Positions 42,095 to 51,919 of a stretch of DNA of 64,000 bases are shown here, piece after piece. The stretch comes from Spirochaetia bacterium (GTDB lineage Bacteria; Spirochaetota; Spirochaetia; UBA9216): assembly GCA_963677925.2 (NCBI GenBank), contig CAXXYH010000004.1, positions 96,001 to 160,000 on the forward strand, read 5' to 3'. Below the pieces are notes generated by a model that was given only the letters and a program-made list of their open reading frames with translations, did no database searches and was not told the origin of the DNA. The position numbers and the translations under genes are program-made. How positions within the stretch are numbered: the first letter of the stretch is position 1; every line of letters starts with the position of its first letter.

Positions 42095-44497
42095 CTATTT
42101 GTCAAGCATATCACTGTTATAGAGATACCTCATCCAGTCGGCTGAAAGCTTGATTGCCGTGCTGCATTCTGTACAGAAGAATCGGCCTTCAACAAGGTTT
42201 TCCTTTGCACAGCCTATACAATAAATCCTGCCGCAGACCGGACACTGGCCGGCAGGCATATGATCAGGAGGTTCGCCTACCAGTTTAAGCGCCCCCGGGG
42301 TCTCAATCTTTTTAGGAACAATCCATTCCCGTTCGCAGACTGAACAGTTATGAACTGACATTATATACCTGAATACTGTTTTTTTCAGCTTTATTCCGCG
42401 CTCTCCAAGCTCCGAATCGGATATCCCGGAGAGCAAAAGATCAGCCTCATGATACCGGTCTTTTGCAATATAAAAAGAGGCAAGGTTGCAGATTATACCG
42501 GAGCTGTCAGGCTGAAGCTTAAGAGCCGCCTTGTAGGACTCTTCAGCTCTGGCAGATTCTCCCTTTAATGAAGTGAGATTACCCATAAGATTGTAGGCAT
42601 CCGCTGACGGGCTTGTATTAAGCACTCTTACCAGCAGCTCCTCGGATCTGCTGAACATGTCGGCCTCAAAACAGACTGATGCCAGGTTAAGCATAACATC
42701 AGTATTATCAGGCTGGATGCGCAGAGCTCTTTCATACGCTCCGGCTGATGCCTGATAGTCTCCGGATTTTACATAAAGATGACCTCTCTGATTCAGGAAA
42801 AGAAAGTTATCTTCGCTTATTACTTCAAAAGCCTTTTCAGAATCTCCGGTATTATAGAGGGCTTCGGAATAATTGACCATTATTTCATCTTCATCGGGAA
42901 GCAGCTCAGAAGCAGCGGAAAAACATCTCAGGGCTTCATTAAAATCCTGATTCTGCATCGCGGCCAGACCGGACATATTGAGAACCCATGGATCTGCAGG
43001 CGCAAGTCCGAGCGCTCTTTCAAGGGCCTTGGTATATTTTCCTTCCGGGAAGAGCCATTCAGCCTTCCTAAGATGGTACAGATAATACTCAGGTTCAATC
43101 TTTAAAGCCTTATTCACAAGTTTCAGCGCCTTTGTCTTATCTCCGTTTCGATACTTAACAAGAGCATTCAGGTAGAAAACTGCACTGTCGGTACTTTTCT
43201 TCTTTATTACCTCATCCAGAACCTTTTCCGCCTCATCAAAAAGCTCCTGGGCAAAAAGGATTTTTCCCCGAAGTTCTTCAGTTGCAATACTGCTGCTGTC
43301 TATACTTTCCATCAGGGGCAGCATTTCAAAAAGACTTTCATAGTCACCATCTCTGTAAAAAATAGATGAGGCCTTACTATATGCAGCCAGAGCAGGCTCC
43401 ATTCTGCCTGATTTTTCCAGCGCCCTGCCCTCATTCACAGAATACAGTGCAAACGAATCATCCAGAGAAAAAGCCCGCCCGTAGGCATCGGCTGCAGCCT
43501 CCGAATTTCCCAGTGCATACTCGGCATTACCAAGCAGGTTCCAGGCTGCAGGGTTGTTCTCCAGTCTGCTGATGCTGTCTTTTATAAGGTCTCTGGTTTT
43601 AAGAAGATTATTTGAAATGTAGTACATCCCGGCCATACTCATGAGAGCACCGGATTCCCTTGACTCCTCGGGAATCATCAGGAAGTACCGCTCTGCTTCT
43701 TCATAAAGTCCGAGGTTTACTAAACAGTCGGCTGTCATCAGAACGGCGCCGCTGTCTCCCGGCTGTAATGCCAGGGCTTTTTTAAGCTCTACTGCAGCAT
43801 GGGTATAACGTCCGAGAGTCATCAGACTTTCAGCTTCCCTGATATACGCTTCGGCGCTCATCTGCTTAGCTGCCAGTCTGGCCGCATGCTTCCCAAGCTC
43901 CTTATGACGTGATTCTATCTGAAACTTCCTGAGATTCCATGTAAACGAGTCTTTTTCATCATAATTCTGAGCAATGAAAGCTACACTGCCCGCACTAAGT
44001 CTGTCGTCGGCAGCCTCGCAGACAAGACTATTATCAAGATAGAACCGGAACGATTCGCCCTCGGCCAGAATCTGAAGGCTGAAGCTGTCTGAGGAAAAAT
44101 CCTCCAGAGCTGTCCACCCGATAATCGGAGAGGGAATACCATTGAAAACTATATCAAAACGGAAGAATCCGCGGTTTGAAACAAGAAAATAATAATAGGA
44201 GGTATCATCGGTTTTACGGAACATGAAGCCGGATGACGAATACCCCTCATCAGAACCTGCTCCTATATTTGCAGTGATCAGAAAATCATCATAACGGTAC
44301 AGCTCATCATCAGCCCAGACAAAAACATTCTTCTTTTTAAGCTGCAGTGAAAACTTCCCGCCTGATACTGATGAAGAATAATCATCAGTATCTTCCTCTT
44401 CAAACCGGTTTTTATGAAACAGGCCGAATGATGTTGTCCATTTTTCCTGAATGATTTCCAGCACATCAGGTCTTTCTTTTTTCCGGAAAATTTTCAT
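42095..44497 (-). CDS. TPR protein with an N-terminal beta-sandwich and a C-terminal Cys-rich zinc finger
   Basis: Many TPRs; CSVC...CPVC...CIGC...CTEC. Confidence 0.8.
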   Translation of the reverse strand: MKIFRKKERPDVLEIIQEKWTTSFGLFHKNRFEEEDTDDYSSSVSGGKFSLQLKKKNVFVWADDELYRYDDFLITANIGAGSDEGYSSSGFMFRKTDDTSYYYFLVSNRGFFRFDIVFNGIPSPIIGWTALEDFSSDSFSLQILAEGESFRFYLDNSLVCEAADDRLSAGSVAFIAQNYDEKDSFTWNLRKFQIESRHKELGKHAARLAAKQMSAEAYIREAESLMTLGRYTHAAVELKKALALQPGDSGAVLMTADCLVNLGLYEEAERYFLMIPEESRESGALMSMAGMYYISNNLLKTRDLIKDSISRLENNPAAWNLLGNAEYALGNSEAAADAYGRAFSLDDSFALYSVNEGRALEKSGRMEPALAAYSKASSIFYRDGDYESLFEMLPLMESIDSSSIATEELRGKILFAQELFDEAEKVLDEVIKKKSTDSAVFYLNALVKYRNGDKTKALKLVNKALKIEPEYYLYHLRKAEWLFPEGKYTKALERALGLAPADPWVLNMSGLAAMQNQDFNEALRCFSAASELLPDEDEIMVNYSEALYNTGDSEKAFEVISEDNFLFLNQRGHLYVKSGDYQASAGAYERALRIQPDNTDVMLNLASVCFEADMFSRSEELLVRVLNTSPSADAYNLMGNLTSLKGESARAEESYKAALKLQPDSSGIICNLASFYIAKDRYHEADLLLSGISDSELGERGIKLKKTVFRYIMSVHNCSVCEREWIVPKKIETPGALKLVGEPPDHMPAGQCPVCGRIYCIGCAKENLVEGRFFCTECSTAIKLSADWMRYLYNSDMLDK

Positions 44498-44587
44498 TTC
44501 CTGTCAGTATAAGCTCCATTAAAAAAAACGTCCACTACCCCCGGCAGTCTTGTAAATCCGGACTCAAAATCCTATATTTAACTGATT

Positions 44588-45283
44588 ATGGAAAACATTA
44601 AAATTATATCTCTCGGCGGTTCCATCATTGCACCCGATAAGGTGGATACCGATTTTCTGAAAGCATTCCGCAGCGAAATACTCAAGTATCTTGAAGCTGA
44701 TAATACCCGAAAACTTATTCTCGTTACCGGCGGCGGAGGCCCTGCTCGCTCATACCAGTCTGCCTGCCGCGAAATCAACACCGAAGCAGATTCCAGCGCA
44801 CAGGACTGGGTCGGAATTGCAGCAACAAGACTGAACGGTCAGCTTATGAAGGCTGTGTTTGACGGACTCTGCCTCGACGAAGTTGTTACTGATCCTACAT
44901 CCGTTAAAGAAATAAAGGGCCGGATAATGATCGCGGCCGGATGGAAACCAGGATGGTCAACAGACTATGATGCCGTAGTTCTTGCTCAGAATCTCGGCGC
45001 CGATACGGTTATTAACCTTTCAAACATATCAAAAGTTTATTCCGATGACCCGAAGCTGAATCCAGAAGCAACAGCCTTTGACAAGATGAGCTGGGATCAG
45101 CTTAAAAAGCTCGTTGGCGACAGCTGGGTTCCAGGCAAAAATGTGCCGTTTGATCCTATAGCAACCAAACTGGGCGCGGAAATAGGACTGAAGGTTGTAA
45201 CCGCCGCAGGGAAGGACATTCCCAACCTTGTAGCAGTGCTTGAGGGCCGGGATTTTGAAGGGACAATGATAGGTCCGGAATAA
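44588..45283 (+). CDS. pyrH: UMP kinase (archaeal-type)
   Basis: SLGGS, VTGGGGPAR, GWKPGWSTD, DDPK, PFDPIA. Confidence 0.92.
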   Translation: MENIKIISLGGSIIAPDKVDTDFLKAFRSEILKYLEADNTRKLILVTGGGGPARSYQSACREINTEADSSAQDWVGIAATRLNGQLMKAVFDGLCLDEVVTDPTSVKEIKGRIMIAAGWKPGWSTDYDAVVLAQNLGADTVINLSNISKVYSDDPKLNPEATAFDKMSWDQLKKLVGDSWVPGKNVPFDPIATKLGAEIGLKVVTAAGKDIPNLVAVLEGRDFEGTMIGPE

Positions 45284-45288
45284 ATCCT

Positions 45289-46068
45289 TTGAACCTTATT
45301 TTATTCGAAGAATACGAAATTACAGCAGGTACTGACGGAGCTGTCCATACAGCCGAAATCAGTTCTGCTGATGAACGTTACAGGCATATCCGCCAGGTGC
45401 TTAAGCCCGGCCCCGGTGAAGAATTTGATGCAGGCATAGTAAACGGACCGCGGTGCAAAGCCTCTGTTGTTTCTGATGACGGCTCTTCAGCGACAATACA
45501 GCTGAGAATCACCGGCGAGCCGGAGGACCTTTTCCCCCTGATTCTGCTTCTTGGTCTTTCCAGGCCGCAGACAGTCAAAAAAATAATCAGAGAAGCCACA
45601 GCTCTCGGTGCAGCCGGTATTTTCACCTTTACAACTGATAAGGGTGAATCAGGCTATGCAAAAAGTTCCGCCCTCTCAGAAGACAGCGTGCACCGGCTCC
45701 TGCTTGAAGGCGCGCAGCAGGCATTCTGCACAAGGCTGCCCGAATTCAAAATCTTCAACAGCCTTGATGAAGCGGTATCGGCTGCGGCAGCGGCTGCCGG
45801 AAAGTTTTCAGAAGGAGCCCCCCTGAAGATCGCGCTGGATAACTACGAGGCCGCCTGCGGTATGAAAGATTTCTGGACAGAAAATGAGGACAGAGGCGAT
45901 GCAGTACTGCTTGCAGTAGGTTCGGAGCGCGGATGGTCGGGAAGCGAAAGAGATAAGCTTAGAACAGAGGAATTCACCCTGGTCTCACTGGGAAAAAGGG
46001 TTCTCAGAACCGAAACAGCTGCAGTAGCGGGGACAGCTCTCTGCCTCAACGGCCTGGGATATTACTGA
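45289..46068 (+). CDS. rsmE: 16S rRNA m3U1498 methyltransferase
   Basis: HIRQVL, VGSERGWS, SLGKRVLRTETA. Confidence 0.9.
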   Translation: MNLILFEEYEITAGTDGAVHTAEISSADERYRHIRQVLKPGPGEEFDAGIVNGPRCKASVVSDDGSSATIQLRITGEPEDLFPLILLLGLSRPQTVKKIIREATALGAAGIFTFTTDKGESGYAKSSALSEDSVHRLLLEGAQQAFCTRLPEFKIFNSLDEAVSAAAAAAGKFSEGAPLKIALDNYEAACGMKDFWTENEDRGDAVLLAVGSERGWSGSERDKLRTEEFTLVSLGKRVLRTETAAVAGTALCLNGLGYY

Positions 46069-46078
46069 TTAACAGCTG

Positions 46079-47068
46079 TCAGCTGTGGATAAACCCGCAG
46101 CTGTAATGCCAGACCGGTCTTGAATACTCTGCCGGAAACGGGTTTTGTCTGCTGAAATCAGGAATCCAGCTGCTGTCTGCAGCCTCCGGCCCCTGAAGAA
46201 AGCCCTCGTCTATGCCGAAGTCTTCAAGCCATCCTGTCAACAGTTCATAATCATCATCAGATATACAATAACCGGGATCTGCAAGCTCAATAGTGTTTCC
46301 AGGAACCGGAGTATACTGCACCATAAGCGACAGAAGGGAGGTATCCATTATATTCTGTGAATACCACTTAAGAACTTCCCTTGATTTATCAACATGTCCG
46401 GGAATCACAAGGTGGCGCATTATCAGCCCCCGCTTCATCAGGTTGTCTTTAATCAGCGGGCCACCTCCGGTACGGACTTCATCAGCCATCCAGGCAATAG
46501 CCTTTGAAGCAATTTCAGGATAGAGTGAGTCCTTAAACAGATTTTTTGAAAGCTCCGAATCAAGTGTTTTAAGATCAGGAAGCCAGACATCAACCAGTCC
46601 ACGCAGCAGTTCAAGAGCTTCGGGCTCTTCATAGCCGGAAGAGTTCCATAAAACCGGAATTTCAAATCCTGCAGAACGTGCATTTAGGATAGCCGCAGAA
46701 ACAGCAGGAATAAACTGGGATGCTGTAACAAGGTTGATGTTTACCGCTCCTCTTCTTTCGAGCTCAAGAAATATTTCTGCAAGCGTATCAACTGACACTA
46801 TGCTGCCGAGAACCTCAGACTTACTGCTCAGGCTGATCTGAACGTTCTGACAGAAGGGACAGCCCAGCCCGCAGCCGGAGAAAAACACCGTGCCTGACCC
46901 GTTAGAGCCGATAAGCGGCGGCTCTTCCCCCATGTGCAGCACCGCGGAAGCAACAACAGCCTCGGCACCCATCCTGCATATTCCAGATGCGGAATTTTGC
47001 CGGTCTGCCCCGCAGAGTCTGGGGCATAAAGTGCAGTTTTGATAGCCTGTATTTAAACTGTTCATCAT
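46079..47068 (-). CDS. Radical SAM protein, PflX-like
   Basis: CTLCPRLC, HMGEEPPL, SGTVFFSGCGLGCPFCQN, RHLVIPG. Confidence 0.88.
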   Translation of the reverse strand: MMNSLNTGYQNCTLCPRLCGADRQNSASGICRMGAEAVVASAVLHMGEEPPLIGSNGSGTVFFSGCGLGCPFCQNVQISLSSKSEVLGSIVSVDTLAEIFLELERRGAVNINLVTASQFIPAVSAAILNARSAGFEIPVLWNSSGYEEPEALELLRGLVDVWLPDLKTLDSELSKNLFKDSLYPEIASKAIAWMADEVRTGGGPLIKDNLMKRGLIMRHLVIPGHVDKSREVLKWYSQNIMDTSLLSLMVQYTPVPGNTIELADPGYCISDDDYELLTGWLEDFGIDEGFLQGPEAADSSWIPDFSRQNPFPAEYSRPVWHYSCGFIHS

Positions 47069-47157
47069 TCAGGTTATATCCTGATTCACTGAATTATTGA
47101 AGTCCCCTGAGCCGGTTGAACAAGTCGTGAATTTAGTGTAATTTTTTTCATCATAGC

Positions 47158-47241
47158 GCCGGCGTGGTGAAATTGGTAGACACAGCAGACTCAAAATCTG
47201 CCGGGGGCAACTCTGTATCGGTTCAAGTCCGATCGCCGGTA
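47158..47241 (+). tRNA. tRNA-Leu (anticodon CAA)
   Basis: GCCGGCG acceptor stem; D-loop TTGGTAGAC; GCAGA-CTCAAAA-TCTGC; long variable arm; ATCGG-TTCAAGT-CCGAT; CCA not encoded; promoter TTGAAC-N17-TAATTT at 47116-47144. Confidence 0.95.
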
Positions 47242-47380
47242 TTATGCCTATGAAATAGGCCAACATTTCAAGTCGGTCTTTTCACAGAAAAGTCCGATCG
47301 CCGGTATTCTGTCTGAGTAACAGACCATCAGGTCAAGTCGGGGAATGTTGAATACAACATTTTCCGATCTCCGGTATTAT
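47228..47380 (+). repeat. tRNA-3'-end-linked tandem repeats (two units of 65 and 70 bp)
   Basis: TCCGATC(G/T)CCGGTATT at 47228, 47293 and 47363; TCAAGTCGG at 47268 and 47333. Confidence 0.85.
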
Positions 47381-47684
47381 TTTTATCCTGAAATCTTCCG
47401 TTTATATTTTAATCACAAAATTTTTAGTTATCAGCTCATCATCCAGGCAGTTCTTGTTTTGAATTTAATGCAAAGTTTAAATATACTTAATTATGATAAT
47501 TATAATTTAAAGATATTATATTTTTATTATTTTTTTTGTGTATTTTTCGTGATTTTTTTTCATAGCTGCGGTATATATTATATCATTAAAGAATGTAGAT
47601 AAAAAAAGTGACATTACAAAATATTAACGGGAATCAGGCCTTCGGCCTGTTCTCCGGAACCTGCCTATTCATTATAATAAATAC

Positions 47685-48416
47685 ATGTTTGAAACCGATT
47701 TACACTCACACAGTCTTTTCAGCAGCTGCGGTCTTCATTCAATAATTGAACTTCTGACTGCCGCAAAAACCAGGGGCCTTAAGGGGCTTGCTATTACCGA
47801 TCACGGCCCGTTCCTCGGTCGGAAAACTACAAGCGTCTTCTTTGAAAGACTTAAACAGCCCATTGATGGTATATGCCTGTTTAAAGGAATGGAATGCAAC
47901 TTTACAGATGAAGATGGAAGTATTGATATAATTGATAAATTTTCAGACTGGTACGATATTGTTCTGGCCGGATTTCACAAATTCCCGGTAAGAGATGCAG
48001 ATCCCGGTTATTATACTGATATCATTATAAAAGCTCTTAAACGCAACCCCAGTATAGACATTCTGGTTCATCCGAATGCGCCGCACTATGTCTCAGACTT
48101 CACGCGCATTGCAGCGGCAGCATCGGAAAACGGTATTGCTGTTGAACTCAATAACTCAAAGCTGGTACTTGGAAGATCTTCAAAGGAACAGACGCTGGAA
48201 CTTATAAATGCATGCAAAAAGGCAGAATGCATGGTAGCTGTAAACTCAGATACCCATGCAATTCATGAAATCGGAGATACAGCAGGAATCGTTGAACTTC
48301 TTATAGAAACCGATTTCCCGACAGAACTTATAGTAAACCGGAGCTTTGATTCGACAGTAAGCTGGCTGAAGTCCAGAGGAAAGGCTCTACAGAATATCAG
48401 TTCTCCAGTATTGTAA
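47685..48416 (+). CDS. PHP-domain phosphatase (YcdX-like)
   Basis: DLHSHS, AITDHGP, GFH, ELNN, NSDTH. Confidence 0.88.
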   Translation: MFETDLHSHSLFSSCGLHSIIELLTAAKTRGLKGLAITDHGPFLGRKTTSVFFERLKQPIDGICLFKGMECNFTDEDGSIDIIDKFSDWYDIVLAGFHKFPVRDADPGYYTDIIIKALKRNPSIDILVHPNAPHYVSDFTRIAAAASENGIAVELNNSKLVLGRSSKEQTLELINACKKAECMVAVNSDTHAIHEIGDTAGIVELLIETDFPTELIVNRSFDSTVSWLKSRGKALQNISSPVL

Positions 48417-49599
48417 TTTCAACACGCCGGTTTTTCTGCATTCCGGCCTCTGTTGAATTATCCGCAACCGGCCGCTCCGCTCCGTATCCGCGCATAATCA
48501 CCTGCTCTTCTTTTTTACAGCCTATAGAAAGAAGATAATCTGCTACAGCACGGGCCCGATCCTCAGACAGTTTCTGCCGGCCGGATGCGGTACCAGCCAT
48601 TGCAGTATGCCCTTCAACCAGGATATCCCGATCAGGATATTCGCATAGTATTTCAGCAATCTGATCGAGCTTAATTTTTTCTTTATCAAGAAGACGGGAG
48701 GAATTCGGACTGAACTGAATATTACTGAGGGTAATTTTAACTCCCTCATCACTTACCTCAACATCAGTATCAGCGAGCCCCTTATCATCAATTGTTTTCT
48801 GAATCCCCTCGGCCACTGCTTTTTTATCCATCTTCGGACTGTCTATAATATAGGCCTCTGATATTCCTGTGTATTCAACCGATTCGCCGTTTGAAAGGTC
48901 AAAAACAAACTCAAAACTCTCCTTGTAAGCCTGAGGCCGTCCCAGATCGGCATCCCAGTAAACAATCTGATCCGAACTTCCGCTTATTCTTGCCGGATAC
49001 AGCCCGTTTGCCCCAGGCGGTACTGAAGGCCTGAAGAAAATATTATATTTTACAGAAAACCTGTCGTACTCGATCCCGTCATACAGGCCTTTTCCAAGAT
49101 AAGTATAATTCACATAGATCGGAATGTGAAAGGCCTCCGGGATTCCGAAATTTTTTCGAAAATCATGAACCTCTTCACCCTTCCATGTCCAGATATCTCC
49201 CGGCTGCAGATCACGATCCGGAAAGACCGGGACATCACGGACTACAGGCATATAGTATTCAGGTGCAATTGAGTATATGCCGAACTCATCCCTCACAAAT
49301 TCTGATTCATAATCAGTTGCCCATTGATAAACACCGGTTGATCCGGATGAACGCTCAGAGGTTTGAAAAACAGAGCTTATATGCCCGCCCTGTTCATCGG
49401 CATCTGTTACATGTACAGTTATTTTATTCAGTATATCAGCCCTGTGTGAATATTCACCGTTTACATATACATGCTCATCAACTTTTGAGAGTATACGGTA
49501 TCGGTCATCAACTGAATAACTGAACTTGAAAGTTTCAGAATATAGCGTTAAGATGGAAATGAGGATAAATATTGCAGTTAGTATTGTTCTCTTTATCAT
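48397..49599 (-). CDS. OmpA-family (C-terminal peptidoglycan-binding domain) protein
   Basis: Signal peptide; VEGHTA, LSEDRARAV, NRRVEI. Confidence 0.9.
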   Translation of the reverse strand: MIKRTILTAIFILISILTLYSETFKFSYSVDDRYRILSKVDEHVYVNGEYSHRADILNKITVHVTDADEQGGHISSVFQTSERSSGSTGVYQWATDYESEFVRDEFGIYSIAPEYYMPVVRDVPVFPDRDLQPGDIWTWKGEEVHDFRKNFGIPEAFHIPIYVNYTYLGKGLYDGIEYDRFSVKYNIFFRPSVPPGANGLYPARISGSSDQIVYWDADLGRPQAYKESFEFVFDLSNGESVEYTGISEAYIIDSPKMDKKAVAEGIQKTIDDKGLADTDVEVSDEGVKITLSNIQFSPNSSRLLDKEKIKLDQIAEILCEYPDRDILVEGHTAMAGTASGRQKLSEDRARAVADYLLSIGCKKEEQVIMRGYGAERPVADNSTEAGMQKNRRVEITILEN

Positions 49600-49647
49600 A
49601 TTTTATATTCCCGTTTATAAGGTAAAAATATTATTATTGTTGCTGAC

Positions 49648-50769
49648 ATGTATCAAAAACTGAGTTCCGTAAAAACCGAAGACAGGATACAGATCCTTCT
49701 AAAAAAAGCAGGTTTCAAACAACCTACAAACCTCCAGAATAAGGTTTTTTCTGCATTTACCCAGCAGCGCGATCTTATAACAGGGACCTACGGGGCAAGA
49801 GGCAAAAGAGCCTCATTCATTTTTCCTGTACTGGCATCAACTGAATCCAGTACAGACGGCATTCAGGCCGTAATAATAGTTCCGACAGAGCCGGAAGTCC
49901 GGCGAATCAGAAAGGAGTTCAGACATTGCCGCTCAGCAGAAACCTCAGGTATAAAGATCTGTGAACTTCTGTCGGACGACAAGATCAGAGAGGAACTTAA
50001 ATCCATCTCTGACTCTCCCGATATAATTATCGGAACAGCTTCCAGGATTATTGACCACATCCGCAGAGAAAACATCTCGCTGAACGGGATAAAAACGGCT
50101 GTAGTTGATACTCCTGCAAACCTGACAGATCTTGGCTTTGATCAGGATCTGGATTTTATTTTTTCAAAACTGCCTGAGAGAAGGCAGAGTATTATCTACA
50201 CTGAGAGGCTGGATAATATTGATTTACTTGAGCCTCTGACTAGAAAACCCATTATTATCTCCATGGAGAACGAAAAAAAGCAGGAGACACGTTCAATGAA
50301 AAACACACAGACTATTAATGAAGAGGAAATTGAAAAAAAAATAAAGGATTTTATTAAAACTATAAGAGAAGATGAAGATCCGGATCTTCTTAACACATAC
50401 AAAAAGCTTTTTAAAAAACATGCACCGTTTTCGATGAGAGGCTACCTGAGCGCCTTCCTGCTGAAACAGGCTGTCGGTAAAAGCGCATACTCAAGACCCC
50501 GGACTTTAAACACCGAATCCGACTCTGACAAGCAGACACTTTTCATAAGCATCGGAAGAAACAGGAGAGTATACCCCAGAGATCTAAGCAGGCTGTTTCT
50601 TTCCAGCCTCAGCATCGATCAATCTGATATCGGAAACATAAAGGTTCTTGACAGTTATTCCTTCGTTGAGATAACAACAGCATTGGCAGATAATGCAATT
50701 GAAATACTTAATGGAAAGGACTTCAAGGGCAGAAAGCTTACAGTGAACTACGCCCGAAAGAAATCATAA
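49648..50769 (+). CDS. Degenerate DEAD-box N-domain fused to a DbpA RNA-binding domain
   Basis: GFKQPTNLQ, AVIIVPT, IIIGTASRIIDHI, LGFDQDL; C-terminal LFISIGRNRRV...IGNIKVLDSYSFVE. Confidence 0.8.
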   Translation: MYQKLSSVKTEDRIQILLKKAGFKQPTNLQNKVFSAFTQQRDLITGTYGARGKRASFIFPVLASTESSTDGIQAVIIVPTEPEVRRIRKEFRHCRSAETSGIKICELLSDDKIREELKSISDSPDIIIGTASRIIDHIRRENISLNGIKTAVVDTPANLTDLGFDQDLDFIFSKLPERRQSIIYTERLDNIDLLEPLTRKPIIISMENEKKQETRSMKNTQTINEEEIEKKIKDFIKTIREDEDPDLLNTYKKLFKKHAPFSMRGYLSAFLLKQAVGKSAYSRPRTLNTESDSDKQTLFISIGRNRRVYPRDLSRLFLSSLSIDQSDIGNIKVLDSYSFVEITTALADNAIEILNGKDFKGRKLTVNYARKKS

Positions 50770-51906
50770 TATTATTTTAACCAGCGCTATATAGGCAAGG
50801 ATGGAATTCAAAAGCAGTCCCAGGGTGAAAAAGACCATTGCCGAGATTTCCATCAGCCTTGCCCTGCTTCGGCATATCTGAGATAGAATATTCGGGTTCC
50901 CAGGTATTATAAGCCTTTCAAAAAACACATCATTATCACTGCTTAAAAAAACATAGGAATGATATTTATCCAGCGATTTCCTTTTCAGGATTCCGCTGCT
51001 CCGGATCACAGCATCCGGATAATCAGCCTTTGCTGCCGAGCAGTTTGGGTACTCAAGAAAAAAGCAGTCCTTCCTGAGAGCTTCAAACATTTCATTAAAA
51101 TAGCGCATTGGAAGCTTAATCAAATCCCGTTCTCCCCGGAGTATACGTCCGGTACGCCACAGCCATTTATAGATTAAAAAGAACAGTATACCCGGAGGCA
51201 TAAGGGCAAGCAGGGGAATTATACTCATTACAAGTATGAACAGAGCCTCCGGTCTGAGTGCAGGATTGCGGAAAACCAGATAGGCATTTATAAAGAGGGA
51301 TAGTGAACCTGCAATAAGCGAGACCGGAGTAAATGAGTTCCAGTATTCATTAATCTGCCTTCCGCTCCATATTGACCGCCTGAGAAGGGTTTCCTCGGCA
51401 CCGTCATATATAAGTGCAAGCAGGGGCTCTTCTTCAGTGTTTCGGAAAACAGGGATGCCGTTTTCAATGAATATCTTACCTGAAAATAGAAAGGAAGTTC
51501 CCTGCGGCAGGGAATAAACATGCTCCCAGCTCATCTTTCTGGGCATCTCATCGCGGTCCGCGATCTGGTTTTTCTCTATAGATTTTGAATCATTTCCAGC
51601 CTGACTATTGGGAAGGATATATATGCTGACTTTCTGAAGCTCAGCCCTGACAGAAAGTTTTCCGTTGCTGACCCAGACTGTACTCTCATTCTGAATAGCC
51701 TGGAGATTTCCAATGAACCAGAACAGCCCCGCATCACCCTCGCTGTGCCGATCGGGCTTTGAATATTCAAGTTCGGTTCTGACCGAAGCCTTAAGAATCT
51801 GCTCACGGAATTTTCTCCAGCCGCTTCTTACGTTAAATGCTCCAAAGAGGGGAATCACGGCATAGAAAACAAGGGCTATAATGACAGAGGAAGCAATTTC
51901 TTCCAT
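50764..51906 (-). CDS. Hypothetical membrane protein
   Basis: 380-aa ORF with about 4 TM helices; GRQINEYWN motif. Confidence 0.7.
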   Translation of the reverse strand: MEEIASSVIIALVFYAVIPLFGAFNVRSGWRKFREQILKASVRTELEYSKPDRHSEGDAGLFWFIGNLQAIQNESTVWVSNGKLSVRAELQKVSIYILPNSQAGNDSKSIEKNQIADRDEMPRKMSWEHVYSLPQGTSFLFSGKIFIENGIPVFRNTEEEPLLALIYDGAEETLLRRSIWSGRQINEYWNSFTPVSLIAGSLSLFINAYLVFRNPALRPEALFILVMSIIPLLALMPPGILFFLIYKWLWRTGRILRGERDLIKLPMRYFNEMFEALRKDCFFLEYPNCSAAKADYPDAVIRSSGILKRKSLDKYHSYVFLSSDNDVFFERLIIPGNPNILSQICRSRARLMEISAMVFFTLGLLLNSILAYIALVKIIL

Positions 51907-51919
51907 ATTTACTCTGTCC

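Noticed and set aside
47069-47266. 65-aa ORF on the minus strand
   Set aside because: Antisense translation of tRNA-Leu.
47228-47380. CRISPR array interpretation of the repeats
   Set aside because: The repeats are tRNA-derived and only 16-19 bp, the spacers are related to each other, and no cas genes are in the window.
47345-47602. 85-aa Phe/Tyr/Ile-rich ORF
   Set aside because: Composition reflects AT-rich non-coding DNA; it starts inside a repeat hairpin and has no recognisable motif.
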